DNA from: an uncultured Actinomycetota bacterium
GTDB taxonomy: Bacteria > Actinomycetota > Actinomycetes > Mycobacteriales > Mycobacteriaceae
Direction: 5' to 3'
NCBI GenBank assembly: GCA_963785625.1
Contig: CAWAWC010000019.1
Location: 27,008 to 91,007 of the forward strand
DNA: 64,000 bases
Made by a program: the position numbers and the translations under genes. The notes under the pieces were generated by a model. The model did not search any database. It was given only the letters and a program-made list of their open reading frames with translations, and was not told the DNA's origin. Below, piece after piece: positions 28,596 through 39,177 of the stretch (positions within the stretch are counted from its first letter, which is position 1; every line of letters begins with the position of its first letter).

Positions 28596-29387
28596 ATGGA
28601 TGAACCGCTGCTGCTGCCGCACCGCGATGACCGCGGGGTCGTCACGCTGACGCTGAACCGCCCGCAGGCCTTCAACGCGCTGTCCGAGGCGATGCTCGCA
28701 GCGCTCGGCGAAGCCTTTGATGCGCTCGCCAACGACGACGCGGTGCGCGCCGTCGTGCTCGGGGCATCCGGGAAGGCCTTCTGCGCCGGCCACGACCTGA
28801 AGGAAATGCGGGCCGAGCCTTCGCTCGAGTACTACCAGCGTCTGTTCGCACAGTGCACGGCCGTGATGCTGTCGATCCAGCGCCTGCCGGTCCCGGTGAT
28901 CGCGCGTGTCCACGGTCTCGCGACCGCGGCGGGCTGCCAGCTCGTCGCGATGTGTGACCTGGCGGTGGCGAGCCATGACGCGCGCTTCGCGGTCAGCGGC
29001 ATCAACGTCGGGCTCTTCTGCGCGACCCCGGGAGTGGCGCTGTCGCGCAATCTGCCCCGCAAAGCCGCCTTCGAGATGCTCGTCACCGGAGACTTCGTCT
29101 CTGCCGAGGAGGCACACGCGTTGGGGTTGGTCAATAAGGTGGCGGCGCCCGAGGCGCTGGACGACGAGGTCGAGGCGCTGGTCGCGCGCATCGTCGCGAA
29201 GCCGCGCGTCGCCGTCGCCATCGGGAAGGCCCTGTTCTACCGCCAGATCGAAGTCGGCATCGAGGCCGCCTATGAGGACGCAGGCGCGACGATGGCCCGC
29301 AACATGATGGATCCCAGCGCGCTCGAGGGCGTTCAGGCCTTCATCGAGAAGCGGCCGCCCAGTTGGGCGCTGGCGTCAACGACGTAG
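28596..29387 (+). CDS. Enoyl-CoA hydratase/isomerase (crotonase) family protein
   Basis: Track ORF 28143..29387 trimmed to ATG 28596. MDEPLLLPHRDDRGVVTLTLNRPQAFNALS..., GKAFCAGHDLKEM, ATAAGCQLVAMCDLAVA. About 263 aa, typical for the family. Confidence 0.88.
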   Translation: MDEPLLLPHRDDRGVVTLTLNRPQAFNALSEAMLAALGEAFDALANDDAVRAVVLGASGKAFCAGHDLKEMRAEPSLEYYQRLFAQCTAVMLSIQRLPVPVIARVHGLATAAGCQLVAMCDLAVASHDARFAVSGINVGLFCATPGVALSRNLPRKAAFEMLVTGDFVSAEEAHALGLVNKVAAPEALDDEVEALVARIVAKPRVAVAIGKALFYRQIEVGIEAAYEDAGATMARNMMDPSALEGVQAFIEKRPPSWALASTT

Positions 29388-29423
29388 CGGGCACATCGCC
29401 ACCATCATTAGCGCTCTCAAGCA

Positions 29424-29456
29424 GATCGACCCCCGCCGCTGTGGCGGGGGTCGATC
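29424..29456. terminator. Hairpin between the convergent crotonase gene and whiB3 (likely bidirectional terminator)
   Basis: Perfect 14-bp stem GATCGACCCCCGCC / GGCGGGGGTCGATC with a 5-nt loop. There is no strong U-tract on either side. Confidence 0.6.
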
Positions 29457-29469
29457 CGTCAGGGCCCAG

Positions 29470-29778
29470 TTACGCCGACCGGCGGATGCCGCGGGTCCGG
29501 CCGATGTCGCCCTTCAGCAGCAGGTCGCGCTCGGATTCCGACAGGCCGCCCCACACGCCGTAGGGTTCGCCCACTTCGAGGGCATGCGAACGGCACTCCT
29601 GGATCACCGGGCAGCGCCGGCACATCTCCTTGGCGCGCTGCTCGCGTTGCATGCGGGCACGGCCACGCTCGCCGTCGGGGTGGAAGAACATCGATGAGTC
29701 GACGCCGCGGCACAGGCCCTGCAGTTGCCAGTTCCAGATGTCGGCGTTGGGGCCAGGTAGCTGCTCAGGCTGTGGCAT
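29470..29778 (-). CDS. whiB3: WhiB-family redox-sensing transcription factor WhiB3
   Basis: 102-aa MPQPEQLPGPNADIWNWQLQGLCRGVDSSMFFHPDGERG...CRRCPVIQECRSHALEVGEPYGVWGG. It has four Cys and the GVWGG turn, and is near-identical to my recollection of Mtb WhiB3. Confidence 0.95.
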   Translation of the reverse strand: MPQPEQLPGPNADIWNWQLQGLCRGVDSSMFFHPDGERGRARMQREQRAKEMCRRCPVIQECRSHALEVGEPYGVWGGLSESERDLLLKGDIGRTRGIRRSA

Positions 29779-30131
29779 TGGTGTCGTTACCTCCTGTACG
29801 GCACGCCCAAGTGAGGTCAGTCCGCTAAGCGATTGTGTAACTGATTTGGGGTGGCGTCACCGATGACTACCCGTCAATCTCGAACTTACGGGCGGCAACG
29901 AATTTCCGTCAATAGCCAGTTAGACCAGCAAAATATGTAAGCGTTGGAGGAGAATTTACGCCGCGTTCATCTGTCAGGCTTTAGTCGAACGCTAACCGTG
30001 CTACCAGGTAACTTGGCCAAACTGAGATTGCGCAGCTCAGCACCTAGGATAGGGGGAGGGTCAATTAATACAGCGCCCGTGGCGATTAACAGTTCGGTAA
30101 CACAGACACCACAAAGAGTTTACTGGTCATC

Positions 30132-30971
30132 GTGATTGATTCTCGTCACACTCAGTTGGCCCCCGCGAGCGTCGACCGAGTGCTGGCGGCCGCCGCTTTC
30201 GGGGACCGGCCCGGCAGCTGGCCGCTGCCGACGGCGACCACACCCGACCAATTATGGCTGCGGGCCGTGGCGTGCGGCGGGCAGGGTCGGTACGGCGCCG
30301 CCTATCGCGACCTCGCGGCGCTGCGCCGCACCGGTTCGGGGCGACTGGTCTCGTTGGCCCACAGCACGCAGGGATCGTTTCTGCGGCAGCTCGGTTGGCA
30401 CACGCTGGCACGCGGCTGGGACGGGCGTGCGCTGGCGCTTGCGGGCACGGACCCCGAGGCCCGCGCCGACGCGCTGATCGGGCTGGCGGCCGACGCGCTG
30501 GGCGTTGGCCGCTTCGCGGCCGCGGCCACGTTGTTGGCCCGCGCGGACCGGGTGCTGACGACCGGGCCGGTGCCGGACCGGCTCCCGGTGCGCCGGGGAT
30601 GGGTGGCCGCCGAACTGGCGATGGCGTCCGGCGACGGGCGGGCCGCCGTGCGGCACGCCACCGAGGCGGTGGAGCTGGCGCAGGCGATGGGCCTGAAGAC
30701 GGGTCAAGCGTCGGCGCGCCACCGCATCAAAAGCGACGTGGTGCTGGCGGCCGCGCTGTGCAGCGCGGGCGACATCGGGCCGGCCCGGGAGGTCGCCCAG
30801 GCGGCGCTGGAAGACACCGGCCGATTGGGATTGCTACCGCTTCGCTGGGCGCTGGCTTGCTTGCTGATCGATATCGGAAGCGTCACGTTTTCACCGCGAA
30901 AGCTGCTGGAAATTCGGGATATCTGCGCAGGCCAGGTGCGCCACGCCGGTGGGACGTGGCGTTCCGCTTGA
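30132..30971 (+). CDS. Conserved hypothetical helical-repeat protein, Rv3415c-like
   Basis: 279-aa Ala/Leu/Arg-rich ORF (TPR-like appearance) located between whiB3 and sigD, as in Mtb. Confidence 0.7.
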   Translation: MIDSRHTQLAPASVDRVLAAAAFGDRPGSWPLPTATTPDQLWLRAVACGGQGRYGAAYRDLAALRRTGSGRLVSLAHSTQGSFLRQLGWHTLARGWDGRALALAGTDPEARADALIGLAADALGVGRFAAAATLLARADRVLTTGPVPDRLPVRRGWVAAELAMASGDGRAAVRHATEAVELAQAMGLKTGQASARHRIKSDVVLAAALCSAGDIGPAREVAQAALEDTGRLGLLPLRWALACLLIDIGSVTFSPRKLLEIRDICAGQVRHAGGTWRSA

Positions 30972-31028
30972 AACGCCATTCCGGCCGCTATTGTCAGTTA
31001 GTTAGTTAGCCCGCGATGCGTCCCGTTC

Positions 31029-31054
31029 GTAACGTTGGAGATACCGCCGTCGAT
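31029..31054 (+). promoter_or_regulatory. Candidate SigD-type promoter motif overlapping the sigD 5' end
   Basis: GTAACG (31029-31034), a 16-nt spacer, then CGAT (31051-31054). This matches the SigD -35/-10 consensus (GTAACG / CGAT) as I recall it. Confidence 0.35.
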
Positions 31055-31628
31055 GACAATTCAAGGGGAACGTCTCGACGCTGTGGTTGCGGAGGCCGTG
31101 GCGGGAGACCGGAACGCACTACGGGAGGTGCTGGAGACCATCCGTCCGATTGTCGTGCGATATTGCCGAGCGCGAGTCGGCACTGTCGATCGGGGTGGCC
31201 TGTCAGCGGACGACGTGGCTCAGGAGGTGTGCTTGGCCACCATCACGGCGCTGCCTCGCTATCGCGATCGCGGACGCCCGTTCTTGGCCTTCCTGTACGG
31301 GATCGCGGCCCACAAGGTGGCCGACGCCCACCGGGCCGCCGGCCGTGATCTCGCCTACCCGTCCGAATCGCTACCCGAGCGGTGGTCGCCCGACGCCGGC
31401 CCGGAGCAGAGGGCCATCGAAGCCGACTCCGTGAGCCGGATGAGCGAGCTGCTGGAGATCCTGCCCGCCAAGCAGCGCGAGATCCTGATTCTGCGCGTCG
31501 TCGTCGGCCTCTCCGCCGAGGAGACCGCTGCCGCCGTCGGCAGTACCACCGGAGCCGTCCGGGTGGCCCAGCACCGTGCGCTGTCACGGCTCAAGTCCGA
31601 GATCGTCGCGGCGGGTGACTATGCCTGA
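31035..31628 (+). CDS. sigD: ECF sigma factor SigD
   Basis: ...MTIQGERLDAVVAEAVAGDRNALREVLETIRPIVVRYCRARVG...ILILRVVVGLSAEETAAAVGSTTGAVRVAQHRALSRLK. The start is uncertain (TTG 31035 per the track, ATG 31053, or further downstream; see findings). Confidence 0.9.
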   Translation: MEIPPSMTIQGERLDAVVAEAVAGDRNALREVLETIRPIVVRYCRARVGTVDRGGLSADDVAQEVCLATITALPRYRDRGRPFLAFLYGIAAHKVADAHRAAGRDLAYPSESLPERWSPDAGPEQRAIEADSVSRMSELLEILPAKQREILILRVVVGLSAEETAAAVGSTTGAVRVAQHRALSRLKSEIVAAGDYA

Positions 31629-32403
31629 TTTCGGCTTCGCACTCGGCGACCAACCGGCCCTGGACGAGTTGGCCCACACCGATCTGCTGCTCAACGAGCT
31701 CGCCGAGCGCCGCCCGGTTCGCCTCGACGACCCCGATGATGACGTGCTGACCACCCTGTTGGAGGACTGGCGCGACAACCTGAGGTGGCCCCCGGCCAGT
31801 GCGCTGGTGGCGCCGGAGGAGGCCATCCAGGCGCTGCATGCGGGACTGGCGAACCGCCGCCGCGCTCGTCGCGGCATGACGGCGATCGGTTCGGTGGCCG
31901 CGACGCTGCTGGTCCTCAGCGGGTTCGGTGCCATGGTGGTCGAGGCCCGCCCCGGGGACACGCTGTACGGCCTGCACGCGATGTTCTTCGACCAGCCGAA
32001 GGTCAACGAAAACCAGATCATGTTGTCCGCCAAGGCCGATCTGGCGAAGGTTCAGCAAATGATCAACGAGGGCCAATGGGACCAGGCCCAGAATCAGCTG
32101 GCCGAGGTCAGCAGCATGGTGCAGTCGATGAACGACGGGGCCGACCGGAACGACCTGCAGAACCAACTGAAGCTGCTGAGCACCCGGATCGAGTCGCGCA
32201 ACCCGAACGCTACGCTGCCGCCTCCCGCCGCGTCGACCACACCGGTGTGGACTGAGCCGACCAGCACGGCGCCTAGCGCGGCGCCGACGACGTCCCAACC
32301 GAGTTCATCTGTGAGCACGTCCCCAAGCCCGTCGTCGGGGCGGCACCGGCACCATGGCCACACAACCAGCCCGGCACCCGTGGCACCGAGCACCAATCCT
32401 TAG
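31621..32403 (+). CDS. rsdA: Anti-sigma-D factor RsdA (single-pass membrane)
   Basis: Track ORF 31576..32403 trimmed to ATG 31621, which overlaps the sigD stop. MPDFGFALGDQPALDELAHTDLLLNELA..., a TM segment AIGSVAATLLVLSGFGAMVV, and a Ser/Pro/Thr-rich tail. Confidence 0.8.
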   Translation: MPDFGFALGDQPALDELAHTDLLLNELAERRPVRLDDPDDDVLTTLLEDWRDNLRWPPASALVAPEEAIQALHAGLANRRRARRGMTAIGSVAATLLVLSGFGAMVVEARPGDTLYGLHAMFFDQPKVNENQIMLSAKADLAKVQQMINEGQWDQAQNQLAEVSSMVQSMNDGADRNDLQNQLKLLSTRIESRNPNATLPPPAASTTPVWTEPTSTAPSAAPTTSQPSSSVSTSPSPSSGRHRHHGHTTSPAPVAPSTNP

Positions 32404-32411
32404 CTAGACGC

Positions 32412-34596
<2,185 letters not shown>

Positions 34597-34615
34597 AAGC
34601 CCGCTGGAGCCGGAC

Positions 34616-35743
34616 ATGGTCGAGATCGGGATGGGCCGCACCGCCCGTCGCACCTATGAGCTCAGCGAAGTCAGCATCGTGCCGTCGCGGCGCACCCGCT
34701 CCTCGCAGGACGTGTCGACCGCGTGGCAGCTGGACGCCTACCGGTTCGAGATCCCCGTCATCGCTCACCCGACCGATGCCCTGGTGTCGCCGGAGTTCGC
34801 GATCGAACTCGGCCGCCTCGGCGGCCTGGGCGTGCTCAACGGCGAGGGACTGATCGGCCGGCACGCCGACGTCGCGGCCAAGATCGCCCAGCTGATCGAG
34901 GCCGCCAGCAAGGAGCCCGAACCGTCGGCGGCGATCCGCCTGCTGCAGGAACTGCACGCCGCGCCGCTGGACCCCGACCTGCTGGGCTCCGCCGTGGCAC
35001 GCATCCGCGAGGCCGGGGTGACCACCGCCGTGCGAGTCAGCCCGCAGAACGCCCAGGCGTTGACGCCGGTGCTTCTCGCCGCTGGCATCGACCTGCTGGT
35101 CATCCAGGGCACGATCGTCTCCGCTGAGCGCGTGGCCAGTGACGGTGAACCGCTCAACTTGAAGACCTTTATCTCCGAGCTCGACGTTCCGGTGGTCGCC
35201 GGCGGTGTGCAGGACCACCGCACCGCCCTGCACCTGATGCGCACCGGCGCCGCCGGCGTCATCGTCGGCTACGGCTCCACTCAAGGGGTGACCACCACCG
35301 ACGAGGTGCTGGGCATCCGCGTGCCGATGGCCACCGCGATCGCCGACGCCGCCGCCGCACGCCGCGAGTACCTCGACGAGACCGGCGGCCGCTACGTGCA
35401 CGTGCTGGCCGACGGCGACATCCACACCTCCGGCGAGCTGGCCAAGGCCGTCGCCTGCGGCGCCGACGCGGTGATGCTGGGCACGCCGCTGGCCGAGGCC
35501 GCCGAGGCGCTCGGGGAGGGCTGGTTCTGGCCGGCCGCGGCCGCACACCCGTCCTTGCCGCGCGGGGCGCTGCTGCAGATCGCCGTCGGTGAGCGGCCGC
35601 CGCTGCGGCAGGTGCTGGACGGTCCGTCCGACGACCCGTTCGGCACCTTGAACCTGGTCGGCGGCCTGCGCCGAGCGATGGCCAAGGCCGGCTATTGCGA
35701 CCTCAAGGAATTCCAGAAGGTCCCCCTGACGGTCGGCAGTTGA
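34616..35743 (+). CDS. guaB3: IMPDH-related protein GuaB3
   Basis: 375-aa MVEIGMGRTARRTYELSEVSIVPSRRTRSS... has an IMPDH/GMPR-like TIM barrel without the CBS insert. It lies immediately downstream of guaB2. Confidence 0.9.
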   Translation: MVEIGMGRTARRTYELSEVSIVPSRRTRSSQDVSTAWQLDAYRFEIPVIAHPTDALVSPEFAIELGRLGGLGVLNGEGLIGRHADVAAKIAQLIEAASKEPEPSAAIRLLQELHAAPLDPDLLGSAVARIREAGVTTAVRVSPQNAQALTPVLLAAGIDLLVIQGTIVSAERVASDGEPLNLKTFISELDVPVVAGGVQDHRTALHLMRTGAAGVIVGYGSTQGVTTTDEVLGIRVPMATAIADAAAARREYLDETGGRYVHVLADGDIHTSGELAKAVACGADAVMLGTPLAEAAEALGEGWFWPAAAAHPSLPRGALLQIAVGERPPLRQVLDGPSDDPFGTLNLVGGLRRAMAKAGYCDLKEFQKVPLTVGS

Positions 35744-35752
35744 GCTTTCGTC

Positions 35753-35786
35753 GCCGAACGTCACCACAGGCCGAACGTCACCACAG
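35753..35786. repeat. 17-bp perfect tandem direct repeat in the guaB3-choD spacer
   Basis: GCCGAACGTCACCACAG occurs at 35753-35769 and 35770-35786. It is followed by GTCAC/GTGAC hairpins at 35776-35793 and 35803-35826. Confidence 0.9.
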
Positions 35787-35879
35787 AGTGACGGCCGTCG
35801 CCGAGTGTCACGCGAGAGTGACGCTCACGGGTTGGCAGGCCTCTGGCTTGTTACCTGCGGGTAAGGCCATACTGGTGCG

Positions 35880-37616
35880 ATGAAGCCGGATTACGACGTC
35901 CTGATCATCGGTTCGGGTTTCGGGGGTAGCGTCAGCGCCCTGCGGTTGACGGAGAAGGGTTACCGCGTCGGCGTGTTGGAGGCCGGGCGCCGCTTCGCCG
36001 ACGAAGAGTTCGCCGAGACGTCCTGGGACCTGCGCAAATTCCTGTGGGCGCCGAAGCTCGGTTGCTACGGCATCCAGCGGATCCATCCGCTGCGCAACGT
36101 GATGATCCTGGCCGGCGCCGGAGTGGGCGGCGGTTCGCTGAACTACGCCAACACGCTCTACGTCCCGCCCGAGCCGTTCTTCGCCGACCGGCAGTGGGCA
36201 CACATCACCGACTGGCGCGACGAGCTGATGCCGCACTACGACCAGGCGCAACGGATGCTGGGCGTGGTGACGAACCCGACGTTCACCGACGCCGACCGCC
36301 TCCTCAAAGAGGTGGCCGACGACATGGGGTGCGGCGACACCTTCGTGCCGACCCCGGTCGGGGTGTTCTTCGGTCCCGACGGCGCGAAGACCCCGGGAAA
36401 GACGGTGCCCGACCCGTACTTCGGCGGCGCCGGGCCGGATCGCACCGGCTGCCTGGAATGCGGCTGCTGCATGACGGGCTGTCGTTACGGCGCCAAGAAC
36501 ACGCTGCTGAAGAACTACCTCGGCCTCGCCGAATCCGCCGGCGCGCAAGTGATCCCGATGACGACCGTGAAAGGCTTCGAGCAGCGCTCGGACGGGCTGT
36601 GGGAGGTCCGCACCGTTCGCACCGGAAGCTGGCTGCGCCGGGACCGGCGCACGTACACCGCCGCCAACCTGATCCTGGCCGCGGGCACCTGGGGCACGCA
36701 GCACCTGCTGTTCAAGATGCGCGACCTGGGCAAGCTGCCGCGGCTGTCCGACCGCGTGGGCGTGCTGACCCGGACCAACTCCGAGTCGATCGTCGGCGCC
36801 GCCCGCTTCCAGGTCACGCCCGACCTCGACCTGACCCACGGCGTGGCTATCACGTCGTCGATCCACCCGACGTCCGACACCCATGTCGAACCCTGCCGCT
36901 ACGGCAAGGGCTCCAACGCGATGGGCCTGCTGCAGACGCTGATGACCGACGGGTCGGGTCCCGGCGGCACCGACGAGCCGCGCTGGAAGCAACTGCTGCA
37001 GCAGGCCGCCAAGGACCCGCGCCGCATGCTTCGGATGCTCAACGTCCACCAGTGGAGCGAGCGCACGCTGATCGCGCTCGTGATGCAGCATCTGGACAAC
37101 TCGATCACCACGTTCACCAAGCGCGGCAAGCTGGGCATTCGCTGGTACACCAGCAAGCAGGGGCACGGCGACCCCAACCCGGCCTGGATTCCGGTCGGCA
37201 ACGAGGTCACCCGCCGCATCGCCGCCAAGATCGACGGCGTGGCCGGCGGCACCTGGGGCGAGTTGTTCAACATCCCGCTGACCGCGCACTTCCTCGGCGG
37301 TGCGGTGATCGGCGGCAGCCCCGACCAGGGCGTCATCGACCCGTATCACCGCGTCTGGGGGTACCCGAACCTGTACGTGGTGGACGGCGCCGCGATATCG
37401 GCCAACCTGGGCGTCAACCCGTCGCTGTCCATCACCGCGCAGGCCGAACGGGCCGCCTCGCTATGGCCCAACAAGGGCGAAAACGACCAGCGGCCGCTGC
37501 AGGGCGATTCCTACCGCCGCATGGACCCGATAGCTCCCGAGCGCCCGGTCGTGCCCGCCGACGCGCCCGGGGGACTGCGGTGGCTGCCGATCGAACCGGT
37601 CACCCACGCGGGCTGA
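35880..37616 (+). CDS. choD: GMC-family oxidoreductase (cholesterol oxidase-like ChoD)
   Basis: 578-aa MKPDYDVLIIGSGFGGSVSALRLTEKGYRVGVLEAG (FAD fold), similar to Rv3409c as I recall it. Confidence 0.9.
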   Translation: MKPDYDVLIIGSGFGGSVSALRLTEKGYRVGVLEAGRRFADEEFAETSWDLRKFLWAPKLGCYGIQRIHPLRNVMILAGAGVGGGSLNYANTLYVPPEPFFADRQWAHITDWRDELMPHYDQAQRMLGVVTNPTFTDADRLLKEVADDMGCGDTFVPTPVGVFFGPDGAKTPGKTVPDPYFGGAGPDRTGCLECGCCMTGCRYGAKNTLLKNYLGLAESAGAQVIPMTTVKGFEQRSDGLWEVRTVRTGSWLRRDRRTYTAANLILAAGTWGTQHLLFKMRDLGKLPRLSDRVGVLTRTNSESIVGAARFQVTPDLDLTHGVAITSSIHPTSDTHVEPCRYGKGSNAMGLLQTLMTDGSGPGGTDEPRWKQLLQQAAKDPRRMLRMLNVHQWSERTLIALVMQHLDNSITTFTKRGKLGIRWYTSKQGHGDPNPAWIPVGNEVTRRIAAKIDGVAGGTWGELFNIPLTAHFLGGAVIGGSPDQGVIDPYHRVWGYPNLYVVDGAAISANLGVNPSLSITAQAERAASLWPNKGENDQRPLQGDSYRRMDPIAPERPVVPADAPGGLRWLPIEPVTHAG

Positions 37617-37631
37617 TAACCGGCGCCGGCC

Positions 37632-38534
37632 TCAGCTCGCGATCGCTTTGAGCGGCGCGCCCGCCACCACCCGGCTGCGCTCGCCGTGCACGTTGACCGG
37701 CACGTCGCCCATCAAGGTGACGCGGTGCATGAGCCGGGGCTGGTTGTCGTAGTCGTCGATCGCCCGGTGCTGGGTGGCGCGGTTGTCCCACATGGCGACG
37801 TCGCCATGCTGCCAGTTCCAGCGAACGGTGTTCTCCGGCAAGGTGATTCGCTGCTGCAACAGTTCCAGCAGCACGCTTGATTCGTGGGCGTCCAGGCCGA
37901 CGAAGCCGCGCACGAAATTCCCGGCCAGCAGCGTGCCTTCGCCGGTCTCCGGGTGCACCCGCACCACGGGGTGTTCGGTGCGGAATTCCTCTTTCTCGAA
38001 GGCCTGCCGGAATGCTCGCTGCGCGTCGGTCAGCGGCTCGTCGACCTCGGTGTTCACGTAGTCGTAGCGGTTGGTGTGCAGCGCCCACAAGTTCTCGACG
38101 AGGCACTTGAGCGGCTCGGGCAGCAGTTCGTAGGCCGCCGCCGTGTTGGCCCACAGCGTCGACCCGCCGTAGCTGGGCAGGGTGACCGGCCGCAGGATCG
38201 AGGCCGCCGGGTAGTTGGCGGCGAACGTGACGTCGGTGTGCCAGCGGTTCGCCGTGCCGTATTCGGAGTTGATCGGCGTGATGATCGGCGCGTTCTTGGC
38301 CGCCAGCACGGAGGAGGCCGGGTGACCGATCGGCGTGCCGAGCAAACCGGCGAACGCCAGCTGCTGGGCGTCGTCGAGGTGGTGCTGGCCGCGGAAGAAG
38401 ATCACCTTGTGGGTCAACAGCGCCTGGTGGATGTCCTCGACGGTCGCGGGGTCGAGGTCGCCGCCCAGGCGCACTCCGTCGACTTGGGCGCCGATGCGGC
38501 TGCCCAGCTTGGCGACGGTGATCGAGTCTGTCAT
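37632..38534 (-). CDS. TauD/TfdA-family Fe(II)/2-oxoglutarate dioxygenase (Rv3406-like alkyl-sulfatase type)
   Basis: Track ORF 37632..38570 trimmed to ATG 38534, after the SD AAGGAC. ...[18 protein letters not shown]... (the HxD motif is within WHTD) and ...[14 protein letters not shown]. Confidence 0.88.
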   Translation of the reverse strand: MTDSITVAKLGSRIGAQVDGVRLGGDLDPATVEDIHQALLTHKVIFFRGQHHLDDAQQLAFAGLLGTPIGHPASSVLAAKNAPIITPINSEYGTANRWHTDVTFAANYPAASILRPVTLPSYGGSTLWANTAAAYELLPEPLKCLVENLWALHTNRYDYVNTEVDEPLTDAQRAFRQAFEKEEFRTEHPVVRVHPETGEGTLLAGNFVRGFVGLDAHESSVLLELLQQRITLPENTVRWNWQHGDVAMWDNRATQHRAIDDYDNQPRLMHRVTLMGDVPVNVHGERSRVVAGAPLKAIAS

Positions 38535-38561
38535 TGCGGTAGTCCTTGGATGTGAGGTGGG

Positions 38562-38579
38562 TGTAGTCAATCGACTACA
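38562..38579. promoter_or_regulatory. Palindromic operator O1 in the TauD/TetR divergent spacer
   Basis: TGTAGTC-aatc-GACTACA has perfect 7-bp arms. Confidence 0.55.
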
Positions 38580-38588
38580 TCAGCTGTA

Positions 38589-38608
38589 GTGTAGTCACAT
38601 GACTACAC
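38589..38608. promoter_or_regulatory. Palindromic operator O2 straddling the TetR start codon
   Basis: GTGTAGTCA-ca-TGACTACAC has perfect 9-bp arms and shares the GTAGTC core with O1. The TetR ATG (38599-38601) lies at the centre of the palindrome. Confidence 0.55.
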
Positions 38609-39177
38609 GTTCGGCAACAGTCGACCGGAAATCGCCCACCGGACGCGAAGAGGTGGCCGCGGCGGTCCTGGAGGCCGCCACCGACCTGTTCGCTGAGCGG
38701 GGTCCGGCCGCCACGTCGATCCGCGACATCGCTTCCCGATCCAAGGTCAACCACGGGCTGGTATTTCGCCACTTCGGCACCAAGGAGCAGCTGGTCGGTG
38801 CCGTGCTCGACCACCTCGGGAGAACCACGACCGCGCTGGTGGGCAGCGACACGTCGTCCGCCGAGACGGAACGGGCGTTGGACCGGCATATGCGGGTAAT
38901 GGCCCGCACCCTGCTCGACGGCTACCCCGCGGGGAAGTTGCAGACCCGGTTCCCGGGCGCGTCCCAGTTACTGGACCAGATCCGTCCCGCCCACGACCCA
39001 GGCCGCGACGGGGACCGCAGCGCGCGGCTGGCGGTCGCCAACGCATTTGCGCTGCAGTTCGGTTGGCGCCTGTTCGCGCCTTTCCTGCGTGCAGCTGCAG
39101 GACTCGACGACTTGACCGACGACGAACTACGGGAGGCGGTGACCGCCGAGGCGGCCAGGATCACTGAACCTCACTGA
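38599..39177 (+). CDS. TetR-family transcriptional regulator (Rv3405c-like)
   Basis: 192 aa with the N-terminal HTH AAVLEAATDLFAERGPAATSIRDIASRSKVNHGLVFRHFGTKEQL. Confidence 0.85.
   Translation: MTTRSATVDRKSPTGREEVAAAVLEAATDLFAERGPAATSIRDIASRSKVNHGLVFRHFGTKEQLVGAVLDHLGRTTTALVGSDTSSAETERALDRHMRVMARTLLDGYPAGKLQTRFPGASQLLDQIRPAHDPGRDGDRSARLAVANAFALQFGWRLFAPFLRAAAGLDDLTDDELREAVTAEAARITEPH

Noticed and set aside
29944-30135. 63-aa ORF in the whiB3 upstream region
   Set aside because: It has a TTG start, low GC3, no SD and no recognisable domain. It is more likely non-coding regulatory DNA.
30997-31009. (GTTA)3 run, TCAGTTAGTTAGTTAGCC, between the Rv3415c-like gene and sigD
   Set aside because: It places TAG stops in all three forward frames, which is a neat feature. 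However, it is only 12 nt, is not repeated elsewhere in the window, and is adequately explained as spacer sequence.
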